Below are positions 19,442 through 28,884 of a stretch of 64,000 nucleotides of DNA, one piece after another. The stretch comes from Minisyncoccota bacterium (GTDB lineage: Bacteria > Patescibacteriota > Microgenomatia > UBA1400 > PJMF01): the NCBI GenBank assembly GCA_009991965.1, contig JAACWQ010000006.1:7174-71173 (forward strand). The letters are read 5' to 3'. The stretch's first letter is position 1. Every line of letters starts with the position of its first letter. The position numbers and the translations under genes are program-made. The notes beneath the pieces were generated by a model. It was given only the letters and a program-made list of their open reading frames with translations. It did no database searches and was not told the origin of the DNA.

Positions 19442-20648
19442 ACCAAAAATTTGCCTCGTCTACGACAGACTAACTACTCAATATGGAGGAGCAGAGTACC
19501 TTCTGCAGCAACTGCTCGAGGTCTTTCCAGACGCGCCACTTTTCACCGCTTTGTATAACCAATCTATAATCAAATGGGTAGACAAAAAACGAGTTCATGC
19601 ACTGCTTACTACGCGCTCACAAATCGCAAATAAACTCTATCCGTTTTTTGCCCCACTGCTACCACTTGCGTTTGAATCTTTGGATTTGAGTTCATATAGC
19701 ATCGTCATTTCCATCAGTAGCGCCGAAGCAAAAGGCGTGCTCACCAATCCAAACCAACTGCATATCAATTATCTCTTTAGCCCACCAAAGTATCTGAAAA
19801 CAAAAAATAATGCCTATCTTCGTTCGTATGGAGTTTTTAAGTTGCCCGGTATGCTTGCACTAGCCCAGTTGCCACTCCGATACCTTCGCTGGTGGGATCA
19901 AGCCGCTGCAGCACGACCTGATTACATTATTCCCATTTCAAAAACTATGCATACTCAGCTATCTGGCAGTTATGCCAAAAACTCACTCGCTCCAATCTAT
20001 CCACCAGTTGCCGCTCAAACTGCGGCGCATTCTGGCAAGTCCCCAACAAAAAAACCTTATTTCTTATCACTTTCAAGATTGGTTTGGTATAAACGAATCG
20101 ACATTGCAATTGCGGCAGCACAAAATACAAACTCGCTTTTATTGATTGCTGGTGAGGGCACAATGAAATCAGAACTGCAGAAACAAGCGGGCCAGCTGGC
20201 TGCAAACCGTCTTGTAGGCGAATCGATTACTGAGTGTGTTAAAAACGCACTCGCGAACGAGCAAATAATAATTTTCCTGGGACCCGTATCTCCACAAGAA
20301 AAAAATAATCTGTTATCAAACGCTCAGGCAACCGTACAAATGGGCACGGAAGACTTTGGCATTGTGGCAATTGAGAGCCTCGCGCATGGCACACCAGCGA
20401 TCGTATTTTCACAGTCGGGCGCAGCCGAAATTATCAGAAATGAACGTGATGGTTTGGTGCTTGCTAACCAAACAGAGAAAGATCTTTCTCTCGCTTTCAA
20501 ACGTGTACAAATGATGACCTTTTCTCCCAACAACTTGAGAGAGCAAGCAAAAAAAGTCTCAGCAGAAAAATATAAGAAAGCAATGAAAACAATAGTGTAT
20601 GATGTATGGAAAACTCATTGCAATGGAGTAAAAAACTATGCCTCATAA
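19416..20648 (+). CDS. Glycosyltransferase family 4 (mannosyltransferase-like)
   Basis: GGAE, SRLVWYKRID, EDFGIVAIESLAHGTP. Confidence 0.85.
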   Translation: MSTATHLPKPKICLVYDRLTTQYGGAEYLLQQLLEVFPDAPLFTALYNQSIIKWVDKKRVHALLTTRSQIANKLYPFFAPLLPLAFESLDLSSYSIVISISSAEAKGVLTNPNQLHINYLFSPPKYLKTKNNAYLRSYGVFKLPGMLALAQLPLRYLRWWDQAAAARPDYIIPISKTMHTQLSGSYAKNSLAPIYPPVAAQTAAHSGKSPTKKPYFLSLSRLVWYKRIDIAIAAAQNTNSLLLIAGEGTMKSELQKQAGQLAANRLVGESITECVKNALANEQIIIFLGPVSPQEKNNLLSNAQATVQMGTEDFGIVAIESLAHGTPAIVFSQSGAAEIIRNERDGLVLANQTEKDLSLAFKRVQMMTFSPNNLREQAKKVSAEKYKKAMKTIVYDVWKTHCNGVKNYAS

Positions 20649-21741
20649 CGAACACGTATACGCAGTATTGTTAGCCGGTGGCGGTGGCACTCGACTTTGG
20701 CCAAAATCAAGAGAGAAGACTCCAAAGCAATTTCTCAAACTTTTTGGCAACGAAACGATGCTTCAGTACACAGTGCATAGAATCACAAAGTTGGTGCCCT
20801 GGGAAAAAATTATTGTTGTGACTAACATGAAGTATCAATCTGAGGTACTAAAAGAACTCCCAAAAATTCCAAAAGAAAACATCATTTCGGAACCAGAAAA
20901 AAAAGATACTGCGCTCGCCATGTTGGTTGGAACGCTCTACGCTCGGTCTCTAGACAAGGACGCAATTATTATCAACTCTGCTTCCGACCATGTTGTGAGT
21001 GATGAAACAGAGTTTGTGAGAGTCATGAGAGCAGCCGTCCAGGTTGCCGCTGGCAATGAATCGATGGTAACTGTCGGGATTACCCCGACGCACCCCGCAA
21101 CTGGGTTTGGCTACATAAAAATCGGCCATGATCTCACAAAACTCGAAAAAGGCTTGTCGCTTTTTTCAGTTGATAGTTTCACTGAAAAACCAAACCAAGC
21201 TACCGCGAGAGCTTTCATTTCTACTGGCAGGTATTTTTGGAATGCCAACATGTATGTTTGGTCTAGCACTGCCTTAATCAACGCTTTTGCGAAACATATG
21301 CCCGAAATGTTACATCAAACTGAACGGCTTACGGAAACAAAAGGGACAGCATTTGTTGAACTATTACCAAAGATATACGCAAAATCAGAAGCTATTTCAA
21401 TCGATTATGCGATTTCCGAAAAAGCTGAAAATCTTGTCTTAATACCTGGAGATTTTGGCTGGAATGACGTCGGCGACTGGAAAGTTGTCTATGAACTCGA
21501 GAAAAGAGACGTCGATGGCAATGTTTTTCTTAGCGACTCAAATGAGCCAAATGTACTTTCAATTGGTTCTACCGATAATTTGGTGCATGCTAACGGGCGA
21601 TTGGTTGCACTTGTCGGCATCAAAGATATGGTTGTAATTGACACAAACGAAATTTTAATGATCATTCCCAAAAACCAAAGTCAGGATGTCAAAAAAATTG
21701 TCGAGCGCCTCAAAGAGGAGAAACAGGTAGAATACCTCTAA
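20638..21741 (+). CDS. manC: Mannose-1-phosphate guanylyltransferase (monofunctional, no PMI cupin)
   Basis: LAGGGGTRLWPKSR, PKQFL, FTEKP, SIDYAISEK, GWNDVGDW. Confidence 0.9.
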   Translation: MPHNEHVYAVLLAGGGGTRLWPKSREKTPKQFLKLFGNETMLQYTVHRITKLVPWEKIIVVTNMKYQSEVLKELPKIPKENIISEPEKKDTALAMLVGTLYARSLDKDAIIINSASDHVVSDETEFVRVMRAAVQVAAGNESMVTVGITPTHPATGFGYIKIGHDLTKLEKGLSLFSVDSFTEKPNQATARAFISTGRYFWNANMYVWSSTALINAFAKHMPEMLHQTERLTETKGTAFVELLPKIYAKSEAISIDYAISEKAENLVLIPGDFGWNDVGDWKVVYELEKRDVDGNVFLSDSNEPNVLSIGSTDNLVHANGRLVALVGIKDMVVIDTNEILMIIPKNQSQDVKKIVERLKEEKQVEYL

Positions 21742-21744
21742 ACC

Positions 21745-22365
21745 ATGACATACCTAGCACAGAAACGCGTACTAGATCTTGTTGTTGCTCTCGGACTTAT
21801 AATCTTATTTTTACCTGTTTGGCTGATTGTCCCCATCCTTATCTACTTCGACTCGGGACGACCAATTTTTTTCACCCACAAACGTGTTGGTCTCAATAAC
21901 AAAGAATTCCACCTCTATAAATTTCGCTCCATGGTTATCGACGCCGATAATATTTTGCACAAACAAAATAAAAAGTTGCTCAAAGAATTTAAAGACAACG
22001 ACTGGAAAATTCCAAATGATCCCAGAATCACCAAATTAGGAAAAATTTTGCGCTCGCTCACCATCGATGAATTTCCACAGCTACTCAATGTCTTACGAGG
22101 AGAGATGTCTATGGTTGGACCAAGAGCATATGTCCGCAGAGAACTTGAAGAACAAAGTGAGCGGTACCCCGAGACAAAACCATACATCAGTCAAATATTG
22201 AGCATCAAACCTGGAATAACAGGTCCCTGGCAAACGAGCGGTAGAAATGAGATTCCATTCATTCAACGATCTAAAATGGATGCAGACTATGCGACAAATT
22301 CTTCGCTACTACGAGACATACAGATTTTAATCAAAACCCCACAGGCGATGATTTCAAAGTGGTGA
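21745..22365 (+). CDS. Undecaprenyl-phosphate sugar phosphotransferase (bacterial sugar transferase)
   Basis: KRVLD, KFRSM, DPRIT, DEFPQLLNVLRGEMSMVGPR, KPGITG. Confidence 0.95.
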   Translation: MTYLAQKRVLDLVVALGLIILFLPVWLIVPILIYFDSGRPIFFTHKRVGLNNKEFHLYKFRSMVIDADNILHKQNKKLLKEFKDNDWKIPNDPRITKLGKILRSLTIDEFPQLLNVLRGEMSMVGPRAYVRRELEEQSERYPETKPYISQILSIKPGITGPWQTSGRNEIPFIQRSKMDADYATNSSLLRDIQILIKTPQAMISKW

Positions 22366-22386
22366 TTGGAGCAGAGATCACTTCTT

Positions 22387-22395
22387 TGCTATACT
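22387..22395 (+). promoter_or_regulatory. Extended -10 TGcTATACT 10 nt before ATG
   Basis: Read directly upstream of 22406. Confidence 0.6.
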
Positions 22396-22405
22396 AAAAA
22401 CTCAT

Positions 22406-24355
22406 ATGAACCTGCCGCAGAATTTTGAACCAGAAATTATTCCAGAAATTACTCCAGAAATATCTGCTCCGCAAAACTGGTGGCTCGCTCGTAAGTCATG
22501 GCAAAAAGTGGCTATCACTGCTTTGGTCATTTTCACTATTTTCATTGGAGTTGGCGCGACACTAGCCCTCAAAACATATCGCGTACTCCAATCATTGCAA
22601 TTCCAGGCCGGTGAAGTTCAAATTGTCAGTCAAGAAACCTATGGTCATTTTAAGGCGCAAAATTTGCCACCAATTCAAGAAAACCTCAATCAACTTGAAG
22701 GGCGATTACAAGAAATGAAAGCAACATACGAACAACTTTCATTTTATAGAGCCATTCCAATTGCTCGAAATTACTATCTGGATGGTGAACACAGTTTCGT
22801 TGCAGCTCAATCAGGTTTGTCTGCCGCGAAAAAATCGATCGATACACTCGTACCCTACGCCGATGTGCTCGGTTTTTCTGGTGAAGGTTCATTTCAAGGT
22901 GGAACCGCCGAAGACAGATTAAAAATAATACTCGAAACACTCGATAAAATTGCACCTATTCTTGACGAAATTGCAGCAGACTTACGCACCACAGAATCAG
23001 AATTGGCACAAATTTCTCCGGATCGTTATCCAGAAACTATCAAAGACATGCCAGTCAGAGCTTCAATTTTGCAGGCCCAAGAAATTTCCCGTGCTGCCGT
23101 TATAGCGGTAACAGAGTACCGCCCTGTGATTGAACAACTACCAAGCATTGCTGGTGGCAGAGGAGAGCGAAAGAAATATCTTGTGCTGTTTCAAAACGAC
23201 GCAGAACTACGGCCAACTGGTGGTTTCCTCACCGCCTTTGCTGTTATTAATATCGAGAATGGCAAAGTAGAACCAGAAAAATCGGATGATATCTACGAGC
23301 TAGACAAAAAATACAGAAGTAAATTACCGATTCCAGAAGAATTGGGACGCTATCTCACGACCGAGAAATCGTGGAACCTTCGAGATATGAATATTTCTCC
23401 AGATTTCAAAGTTTCCATGGAGCAGTTCTTTCCAGAGTACAGTAGTGTTCCTGGAGAACCTGATAACATCGACGGCATCATTACTGTAGACACAAAAGTC
23501 CTCACTGACTTGCTTACAGTACTCGGACCAGTTGAAGTACCGGGTTATGGTCTGTTTTCTAGTGAAATTGATCCACGCTGCGACTGTCCAGAAATTATCT
23601 ATATTTTGTCTGAGATTATTACCAGACCTACTCCATATCTCCGAGATGATCGCAAAGGAGTCCTTGGTCCACTCATGCGCTCAGTACTAACCAAGTCTTA
23701 CTCCAGTCCAAAAACTATTTGGCCACAGCTCTTTCAAACTGGTCTAGAAAATATTGCTGGCAGACACATCCAGTTCTATTTCTTAGATCCAGCCGCGCAA
23801 GCTGCAGCAGAAACCTTGAACGCTGCGGGCAGACTCATCCCAGAACCAGATTCTGACTTCCTCGCAATCGTAAACGCAAATCTAGCTGGTGCTAAATCAA
23901 ACTTGTTCGTCACGTATGACATTGAACAAACTGTGTCGGCTCCACAAGATGGATTCATCACAAAACAACTCGAGATAACCTACAAAAACTCAAGAAAGTC
24001 GGATAACTGCAATCTCGAAGCTGGTTTACTGTGCCTCAACTCAACTCTGAAAGATTGGACAAGAATTTATGTGCCAGCAGGTAGCGAGGTAATTAGCTCA
24101 GAAGGTTTCAAAGAAGATGCGCGCATGACCGAAGAACTTGGATTCTCCGTTATCAACGGCTTCTTTAGTCTAGAGCCACTTGGTTCTGCCAAGATCAAGC
24201 TTGAGTATAAGGTTCCGTACACCAATCAAGATTTGTATCAGCTAAAAATTTGGAAACAGGGTGGCATCGATTCTATTCCTGTACTCCTGGACACCAATGG
24301 TACTCAAGAACAACTCGAGATACTAAAAGATACAACATACTCAGTCGCATTTTGA
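22406..24355 (+). CDS. DUF4012 domain membrane-anchored extracytoplasmic protein
   Basis: N-terminal TM, helical stalk, YLVLFQNDAELRPTGGF, RDMNISPDF, DGIITVD, KSN, KQGG motifs. Confidence 0.85.
   Translation: MNLPQNFEPEIIPEITPEISAPQNWWLARKSWQKVAITALVIFTIFIGVGATLALKTYRVLQSLQFQAGEVQIVSQETYGHFKAQNLPPIQENLNQLEGRLQEMKATYEQLSFYRAIPIARNYYLDGEHSFVAAQSGLSAAKKSIDTLVPYADVLGFSGEGSFQGGTAEDRLKIILETLDKIAPILDEIAADLRTTESELAQISPDRYPETIKDMPVRASILQAQEISRAAVIAVTEYRPVIEQLPSIAGGRGERKKYLVLFQNDAELRPTGGFLTAFAVINIENGKVEPEKSDDIYELDKKYRSKLPIPEELGRYLTTEKSWNLRDMNISPDFKVSMEQFFPEYSSVPGEPDNIDGIITVDTKVLTDLLTVLGPVEVPGYGLFSSEIDPRCDCPEIIYILSEIITRPTPYLRDDRKGVLGPLMRSVLTKSYSSPKTIWPQLFQTGLENIAGRHIQFYFLDPAAQAAAETLNAAGRLIPEPDSDFLAIVNANLAGAKSNLFVTYDIEQTVSAPQDGFITKQLEITYKNSRKSDNCNLEAGLLCLNSTLKDWTRIYVPAGSEVISSEGFKEDARMTEELGFSVINGFFSLEPLGSAKIKLEYKVPYTNQDLYQLKIWKQGGIDSIPVLLDTNGTQEQLEILKDTTYSVAF
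22430..22465 (+). repeat. Three imperfect 12-bp coding repeats (PEII-PEIT-PEIS)
   Basis: ccagaaattatt / ccagaaattact / ccagaaatatct. Confidence 0.7.
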
Positions 24356-24365
24356 GCATAAAGAA

Positions 24366-24908
24366 TTGATGGCAGCTCACACTTTTAATGTTACCGGTAT
24401 CGTTCTCAAACGATACAATGTTGGCGAACTCGACAGAGCGATCACTATACTCACCAAAGAAGAAGGAAAAAGTGTGTACATCGCCAAGGGCGTACGTCGG
24501 ATCGGTTCATCGAGCGCAGGTAATCTCGAGCCTGGTTCGTTAGTAACCGCACACTGCATCAAAACCAAGTCTATCCCGCTCATCACCCAAACAAAACTCC
24601 ATCTACAAGCGCTTGAGAGCACCAACTCGCTCTCGCAAGTGAGAAGAGTGCAACAGTTACTCGAAATTTTTGACTGCCTCTTTGTCCCTGAAGAACTGGA
24701 CGACACAATGTTTGCTCATATCACCGCGCTGTATTCCGCTGTCATACAAAAGCAAACCGCCCTCTCTGAGCTACGCTCAAAGATCGTCGATCTCGTACGA
24801 CTGCTTGGCTATGATATTTCTAGTGAAGAAGGAGCATCACTCTCAGAACAATTGGCCACTATTTTTGAACGTCCGCTGAGAAGTTTTGAGTACTTACTAG
24901 TCAAATAG
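24366..24908 (+). CDS. recO: DNA repair protein RecO (short)
   Basis: GIVLKRYNVGELDRAITILT...GK...AKGVRR OB-fold; recO-glyQS synteny. Confidence 0.85.
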   Translation: MMAAHTFNVTGIVLKRYNVGELDRAITILTKEEGKSVYIAKGVRRIGSSSAGNLEPGSLVTAHCIKTKSIPLITQTKLHLQALESTNSLSQVRRVQQLLEIFDCLFVPEELDDTMFAHITALYSAVIQKQTALSELRSKIVDLVRLLGYDISSEEGASLSEQLATIFERPLRSFEYLLVK

Positions 24909-24917
24909 CTACCAGAT

Positions 24918-24926
24918 TGCTACAAT
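24918..24926 (+). promoter_or_regulatory. Extended -10 TGcTACAAT 9 nt before glyQS ATG
   Basis: Read directly. Confidence 0.6.
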
Positions 24927-24935
24927 CTCGAGTAC

Positions 24936-26330
24936 ATGCAGATAACTCCAACCACACTTGATTCCCTCGTCAGTCTGACAAAACGCCGCGGCTTTGTATT
25001 TCAAACCTCGAGCATTTATGGTGGTTTGGCTAACTCATACGACTACGGGCCGCTTGGTGTTGAGCTGCTTCGCAATATCAAAAATCTCTGGTGGCAGACA
25101 TTTATTCATCAGCGTGAAGACATGGTTGGTCTCGATTCGCAAATTCTATTGCATCCCAAAACATGGGTTGCTTCTGGTCATACAACTGCATTCAATGATC
25201 CTCTCGTAGAAGATCTGGTCACACAAAAAAGATATCGCGCAGATCATCTGATAGAAGAATGGCAAGAAAAAAATAATCAAACCTCTGAAACCAAGCCAGA
25301 AGAAATGAATGTTGCGGGTATGGGCTCCTATATCGAAAAACACAAAATCCCTAGCCCAGACGGCAATCCCGTCTCTCCGCCAAAGGTGTTTAATCTCTTA
25401 TTTGAGACCTCAATTGGAGCCGTTTCTGGTGAAAAATCTGTTGTCTATCTACGCGGAGAAACGGCCCAAGGTATTTTCACTAACTTTACTAACATCAAAA
25501 ACTCCACTCGAATACAACTGCCCTTTGGTGTTGGACAAATCGGCAAAAGCTTCCGCAACGAAGTAACTACCGGGCAATTTGTTTTTCGCACGCTCGAGTT
25601 TGAGCAGGCAGAAATTGAATACTTCTTTGATCCCGAGACAGAAGACTGGCAAAAATTGTTTGAAGATTGGAAGCAGGCCATGTGGACGTTCGTGACCAAA
25701 ACTTTGGGAATTAGCGAAGAAAATCTCCGCTGGAGAAGACACACCGATACCGAGCGAAGCCACTATAGCAAAGACACCTACGACCTCGATTACAAGTTTC
25801 CTTTTGGCTGGAAAGAGCTGTGGGGCGTAGCATACCGAACAAATTATGACCTGACACAACACCAAACACACTCTGGCGAAAGCTTAGAAGCAGCCGATGC
25901 CGAAAACACCCGACGGTTTATCCCTCACGTCATTGAACCCGCTGTTGGTATCAACCGATTATTTATGATGGTCTTAGCAGAACACTACTGGGAGGACAGT
26001 GAAAAATCTCGCACCGTACTTCGCCTGCCTGCACAACTCGCGCCCTATACAGTTGCTGTATTTCCACTTGCAAGAAATAAACCAGAGCTTATTGCGGCTG
26101 CGAAAGCTATTTATAAACAACTGGTTATGGAAGTTCCTACTACTTGGGACGATAGAAGCAATATTGGCAAACGGTATCTGTACCAGGATGAGGCAGGCAC
26201 ACCATACTGTGTAACAGTCGACTATCAAACTCTTGAAGACAACACTGTCACGATTCGCAACCGCGATACGACCGAACAAATTAGAATTGCTTCCGACCAA
26301 ATACTCAAGTACCTCAAAAAAAACAGCTAG
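24936..26330 (+). CDS. glyQS: Glycine--tRNA ligase, alpha2 (eukaryote-like) type
   Basis: KRRGF, YDYGPLG, LRGETAQGIF, QIGKSFRNE, PHVIEP, IGKRY. Confidence 0.95.
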   Translation: MQITPTTLDSLVSLTKRRGFVFQTSSIYGGLANSYDYGPLGVELLRNIKNLWWQTFIHQREDMVGLDSQILLHPKTWVASGHTTAFNDPLVEDLVTQKRYRADHLIEEWQEKNNQTSETKPEEMNVAGMGSYIEKHKIPSPDGNPVSPPKVFNLLFETSIGAVSGEKSVVYLRGETAQGIFTNFTNIKNSTRIQLPFGVGQIGKSFRNEVTTGQFVFRTLEFEQAEIEYFFDPETEDWQKLFEDWKQAMWTFVTKTLGISEENLRWRRHTDTERSHYSKDTYDLDYKFPFGWKELWGVAYRTNYDLTQHQTHSGESLEAADAENTRRFIPHVIEPAVGINRLFMMVLAEHYWEDSEKSRTVLRLPAQLAPYTVAVFPLARNKPELIAAAKAIYKQLVMEVPTTWDDRSNIGKRYLYQDEAGTPYCVTVDYQTLEDNTVTIRNRDTTEQIRIASDQILKYLKKNS

Positions 26331-26364
26331 ACTCAAATGTCTCAGCTATGATAGGCTAAATCTT

Positions 26365-27153
26365 ATGAAAAAACCGATTATCGTTGGAGTAGGTGTTGTA
26401 ATTTTGATCATCGGCGCGATTGTTTTCTGGAAAATGCGTCCAAGCTCAGAACCTGAAAAAGTAGTTGCGGAAAAAAAGCGTATTGTCCAACCAGTCAATA
26501 TTATCCCCCAAGAAGAACGCCCATACATCGCGATCTCACCACAGGCTGACGGCAGGAACATCGTTATTTCTATCAATTCAGTGCAGAAAGAAGCAATCGA
26601 AGTAGAGTACGAACTTGAGTATCAAGCCGGCACACTGCTTCAAGGCGCCTTCGGTTCTTTTCAGCTCACAACAATTCCCGCTACAGAAAAAATTCTCTTG
26701 GGTAGTTGTAGTGCTGGCGGTGCCTGTACCTATCACGAAGATGTTAGGGGCGGTTCACTCACAAGTACTTTTGGTGGTCCCGAGGACTACAGTCTCAAAA
26801 CTGATTGGAAATATATTGATAACAAAGCAAAGGAAGCTAGCTTTTCTTCAAAGGACGGCAAGTTCCAAATTGAGGCAAAGACACTCGCAAGTACACGCTA
26901 TATCATCATTGGAAATGCATCCGGTATTCCAAAAGGATACAAAGGAAAAATTGCCTCTGAACCATATTCGTTCGAAACAAGTAGCGCTCTGTCTGGTGAA
27001 GCGACGCTGAGCATTCGCGCCGCTAGTGAAGAGTCGCTCACAATTCTTGGTTGGGACGGATTTGCCTGGAAAAATTTCCCTACGACCCAAGATGGCAAGC
27101 TCGCTACTGCGACCGTCTCGCTCTTGCCACTGTATGTCGTTGTAACCCAATAA
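26365..27153 (+). CDS. Hypothetical membrane-anchored/secreted protein
   Basis: MKKP plus hydrophobic anchor; LLGSCSAGGACTYHE; TGaTAGGCT 7 nt before ATG. Confidence 0.75.
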   Translation: MKKPIIVGVGVVILIIGAIVFWKMRPSSEPEKVVAEKKRIVQPVNIIPQEERPYIAISPQADGRNIVISINSVQKEAIEVEYELEYQAGTLLQGAFGSFQLTTIPATEKILLGSCSAGGACTYHEDVRGGSLTSTFGGPEDYSLKTDWKYIDNKAKEASFSSKDGKFQIEAKTLASTRYIIIGNASGIPKGYKGKIASEPYSFETSSALSGEATLSIRAASEESLTILGWDGFAWKNFPTTQDGKLATATVSLLPLYVVVTQ

Positions 27154-27186
27154 TTTTCTTTCAAACACCACTTCCTACTGCGTAGT

Positions 27187-27211
27187 AACACGATCGTTTC
27201 GTGTTTTTTTT
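27187..27211 (+). terminator. Rho-independent terminator candidate
   Basis: AACACGA-tcgtt-TCGTGTT stem followed by T run. Confidence 0.6.
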
Positions 27212-27250
27212 GTATTTACTTCTCGATTGAGAACGTCATAATGCTGAATT

Positions 27251-27270
27251 GTGGTAAACAGTGGTAAATT
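27251..27270 (+). promoter_or_regulatory. MraZ operator: GTGGTAAA direct repeats, 10-bp period
   Basis: gtggtaaaca gtggtaaatt just upstream of mraZ; matches known GTGG-N6 MraZ binding repeats. Confidence 0.75.
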
Positions 27271-27282
27271 ATCTTATAGTTA

Positions 27283-27702
27283 ATGTTTATTGGTAAATAT
27301 TACTATACGCTCGAATCTAAAGGAAGAGTTTCTCTGCCGAAAGTATTTCGTGAGAATAGAGCGAGCTGGATAATCACTCGAGGTTTGGATGGAGCGCTTT
27401 TCTTATTTCCTGAAGAGACCTATCAGCTTGAGGTTGAAAAACTCTCACAACTCTCGACCAATAAACGTGTGGTACGGGACGCAATCAGATTACTCAGCAA
27501 CGATGCTGCCGATCTCAGACCAGACAAGCTTGGAAGAATTAGCATTCCCGAACATCTTATTGATGCAGTTGGCCTTACTAAAAATTTGGTGATAGTTGGC
27601 AGCTTGAACAAAGTTGAAATTTGGAACAGAGAGACCTACCACACATATATTGAGGAACTGAATAAAAACGCTGAGGCAACCGTCGAACAACTAGAAAATT
27701 AA
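27283..27702 (+). CDS. mraZ: Transcriptional regulator MraZ
   Basis: MFIGKY, KGRVSLP, TRGLDG, DKLGRISIP, VEIW. Confidence 0.95.
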   Translation: MFIGKYYYTLESKGRVSLPKVFRENRASWIITRGLDGALFLFPEETYQLEVEKLSQLSTNKRVVRDAIRLLSNDAADLRPDKLGRISIPEHLIDAVGLTKNLVIVGSLNKVEIWNRETYHTYIEELNKNAEATVEQLEN

Positions 27703-27703
27703 T

Positions 27704-28588
27704 ATGAACACCGCACATCAATCAGTCATGCTCACCGAAACTCTAGAGATAATGGCAATCAAATCTGGCAGTGTTGTGATTGATGCCACGTTTGGCAGCG
27801 GTGGTCATACACAAGCGTTGCTTGATCAAGGCGCAACCGTTATAGCATTTGACTGGGACACGGAAGCAATAGAACGCGGAGTAGTTCGTTTCAAAGCAGC
27901 TATCGCTGAAAACAAACTCTTTCTCATCCACGAATCATTTTCAAAACTAGCAGAGGAGGTAGCTAATCTCAAACAAACTGAGGACCTACCTATTTCTGCA
28001 GTGCTATTTGATTTTGGCACGAGCAGTGAGCAACTCATGTCTGCAGAACGGGGGTTTAGCTTCATGGGAGATGGGCCACTTGATATGCGCATGGATACCC
28101 GCCTTGCGGTTATGGCAAAAGACATTCTTGCCTTGGTACCAGAAAAACAACTTGAGCAACTTTTTAGAGAATTTTCGGGGGAAGTACACGCGCGAGCAAT
28201 TGCTAAAGCTGTCAAACAATCTCCGACCCCAATCACCACCACGGCCCAACTCGTCGATTGCATTGCAAAAGTAACACATCGAAAAGCTCACGGTCTCCAC
28301 CCTGCAACTAAAGTTTTTCAAGCATTGCGAATCGCGGTCAACGGTGAGCTTAGCGAGATTCAGCTTGCCTTGCCCCAAGCACTCTCAGTACTAGAACAAG
28401 GCGGCAGGATTGTTTGCATCGCATTTCATGAAGGTGAAGATCGGATTGTAAAACAACAATTCGTACAGTGGGAAGCCAACAAAAAAGTGAAGAAATTGTA
28501 CAAAAAACCATTACAACCGAACGAAACAGAGTTACAAAAAAATCCGAGAGCACGCAGTGCAAAATTACGTGGAGTTGAAAAAATATGA
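27704..28588 (+). CDS. rsmH: 16S rRNA m4C1402 methyltransferase RsmH
   Basis: HQSV, DATFGSGGH, RGFSF, PLDMRMD, FQALRIAVN, NPRARSAKLR. Confidence 0.95.
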   Translation: MNTAHQSVMLTETLEIMAIKSGSVVIDATFGSGGHTQALLDQGATVIAFDWDTEAIERGVVRFKAAIAENKLFLIHESFSKLAEEVANLKQTEDLPISAVLFDFGTSSEQLMSAERGFSFMGDGPLDMRMDTRLAVMAKDILALVPEKQLEQLFREFSGEVHARAIAKAVKQSPTPITTTAQLVDCIAKVTHRKAHGLHPATKVFQALRIAVNGELSEIQLALPQALSVLEQGGRIVCIAFHEGEDRIVKQQFVQWEANKKVKKLYKKPLQPNETELQKNPRARSAKLRGVEKI

Positions 28589-28884
28589 GAAAACTGTATC
28601 TCTATTTTTACTATGGCTTCCTTGGACTCGCACTTTTCAGTCAAATTGTGCTTACCCTCGTTACAGAATCTATCTGGGTCAAAAGAAACTCCACATATAA
28701 TCAACAGATTTCGGAACAAAGCTTGCTGTTGGCACAACGAAAGCGCTTGGAAACCGAACTTGCACAAATGAGCTCTCTGACAAAACTAGAGCAAGAGGCT
28801 GCTATACTTGGCTACGAGCCGATTAACGCAACCATTGTTGTTGCTGCACAACCAAAGCAAGACTCGCTCGCACTTCGTCCATGA
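28585..28884 (+). CDS. ftsL: FtsL-like cell division protein
   Basis: Single TM plus coiled coil ending 'LEQEAAILGY'; position between rsmH and PBP. Confidence 0.65.
   Translation: MRKLYLYFYYGFLGLALFSQIVLTLVTESIWVKRNSTYNQQISEQSLLLAQRKRLETELAQMSSLTKLEQEAAILGYEPINATIVVAAQPKQDSLALRP

Noticed and set aside
24909-24935. T-box or riboswitch leaders before glyQS (and ileS 43233-43270), or an L21 leader before rplU
   Set aside because: Intergenic gaps are under 40 nt and -10 boxes sit 9-10 nt from the ATG; no room
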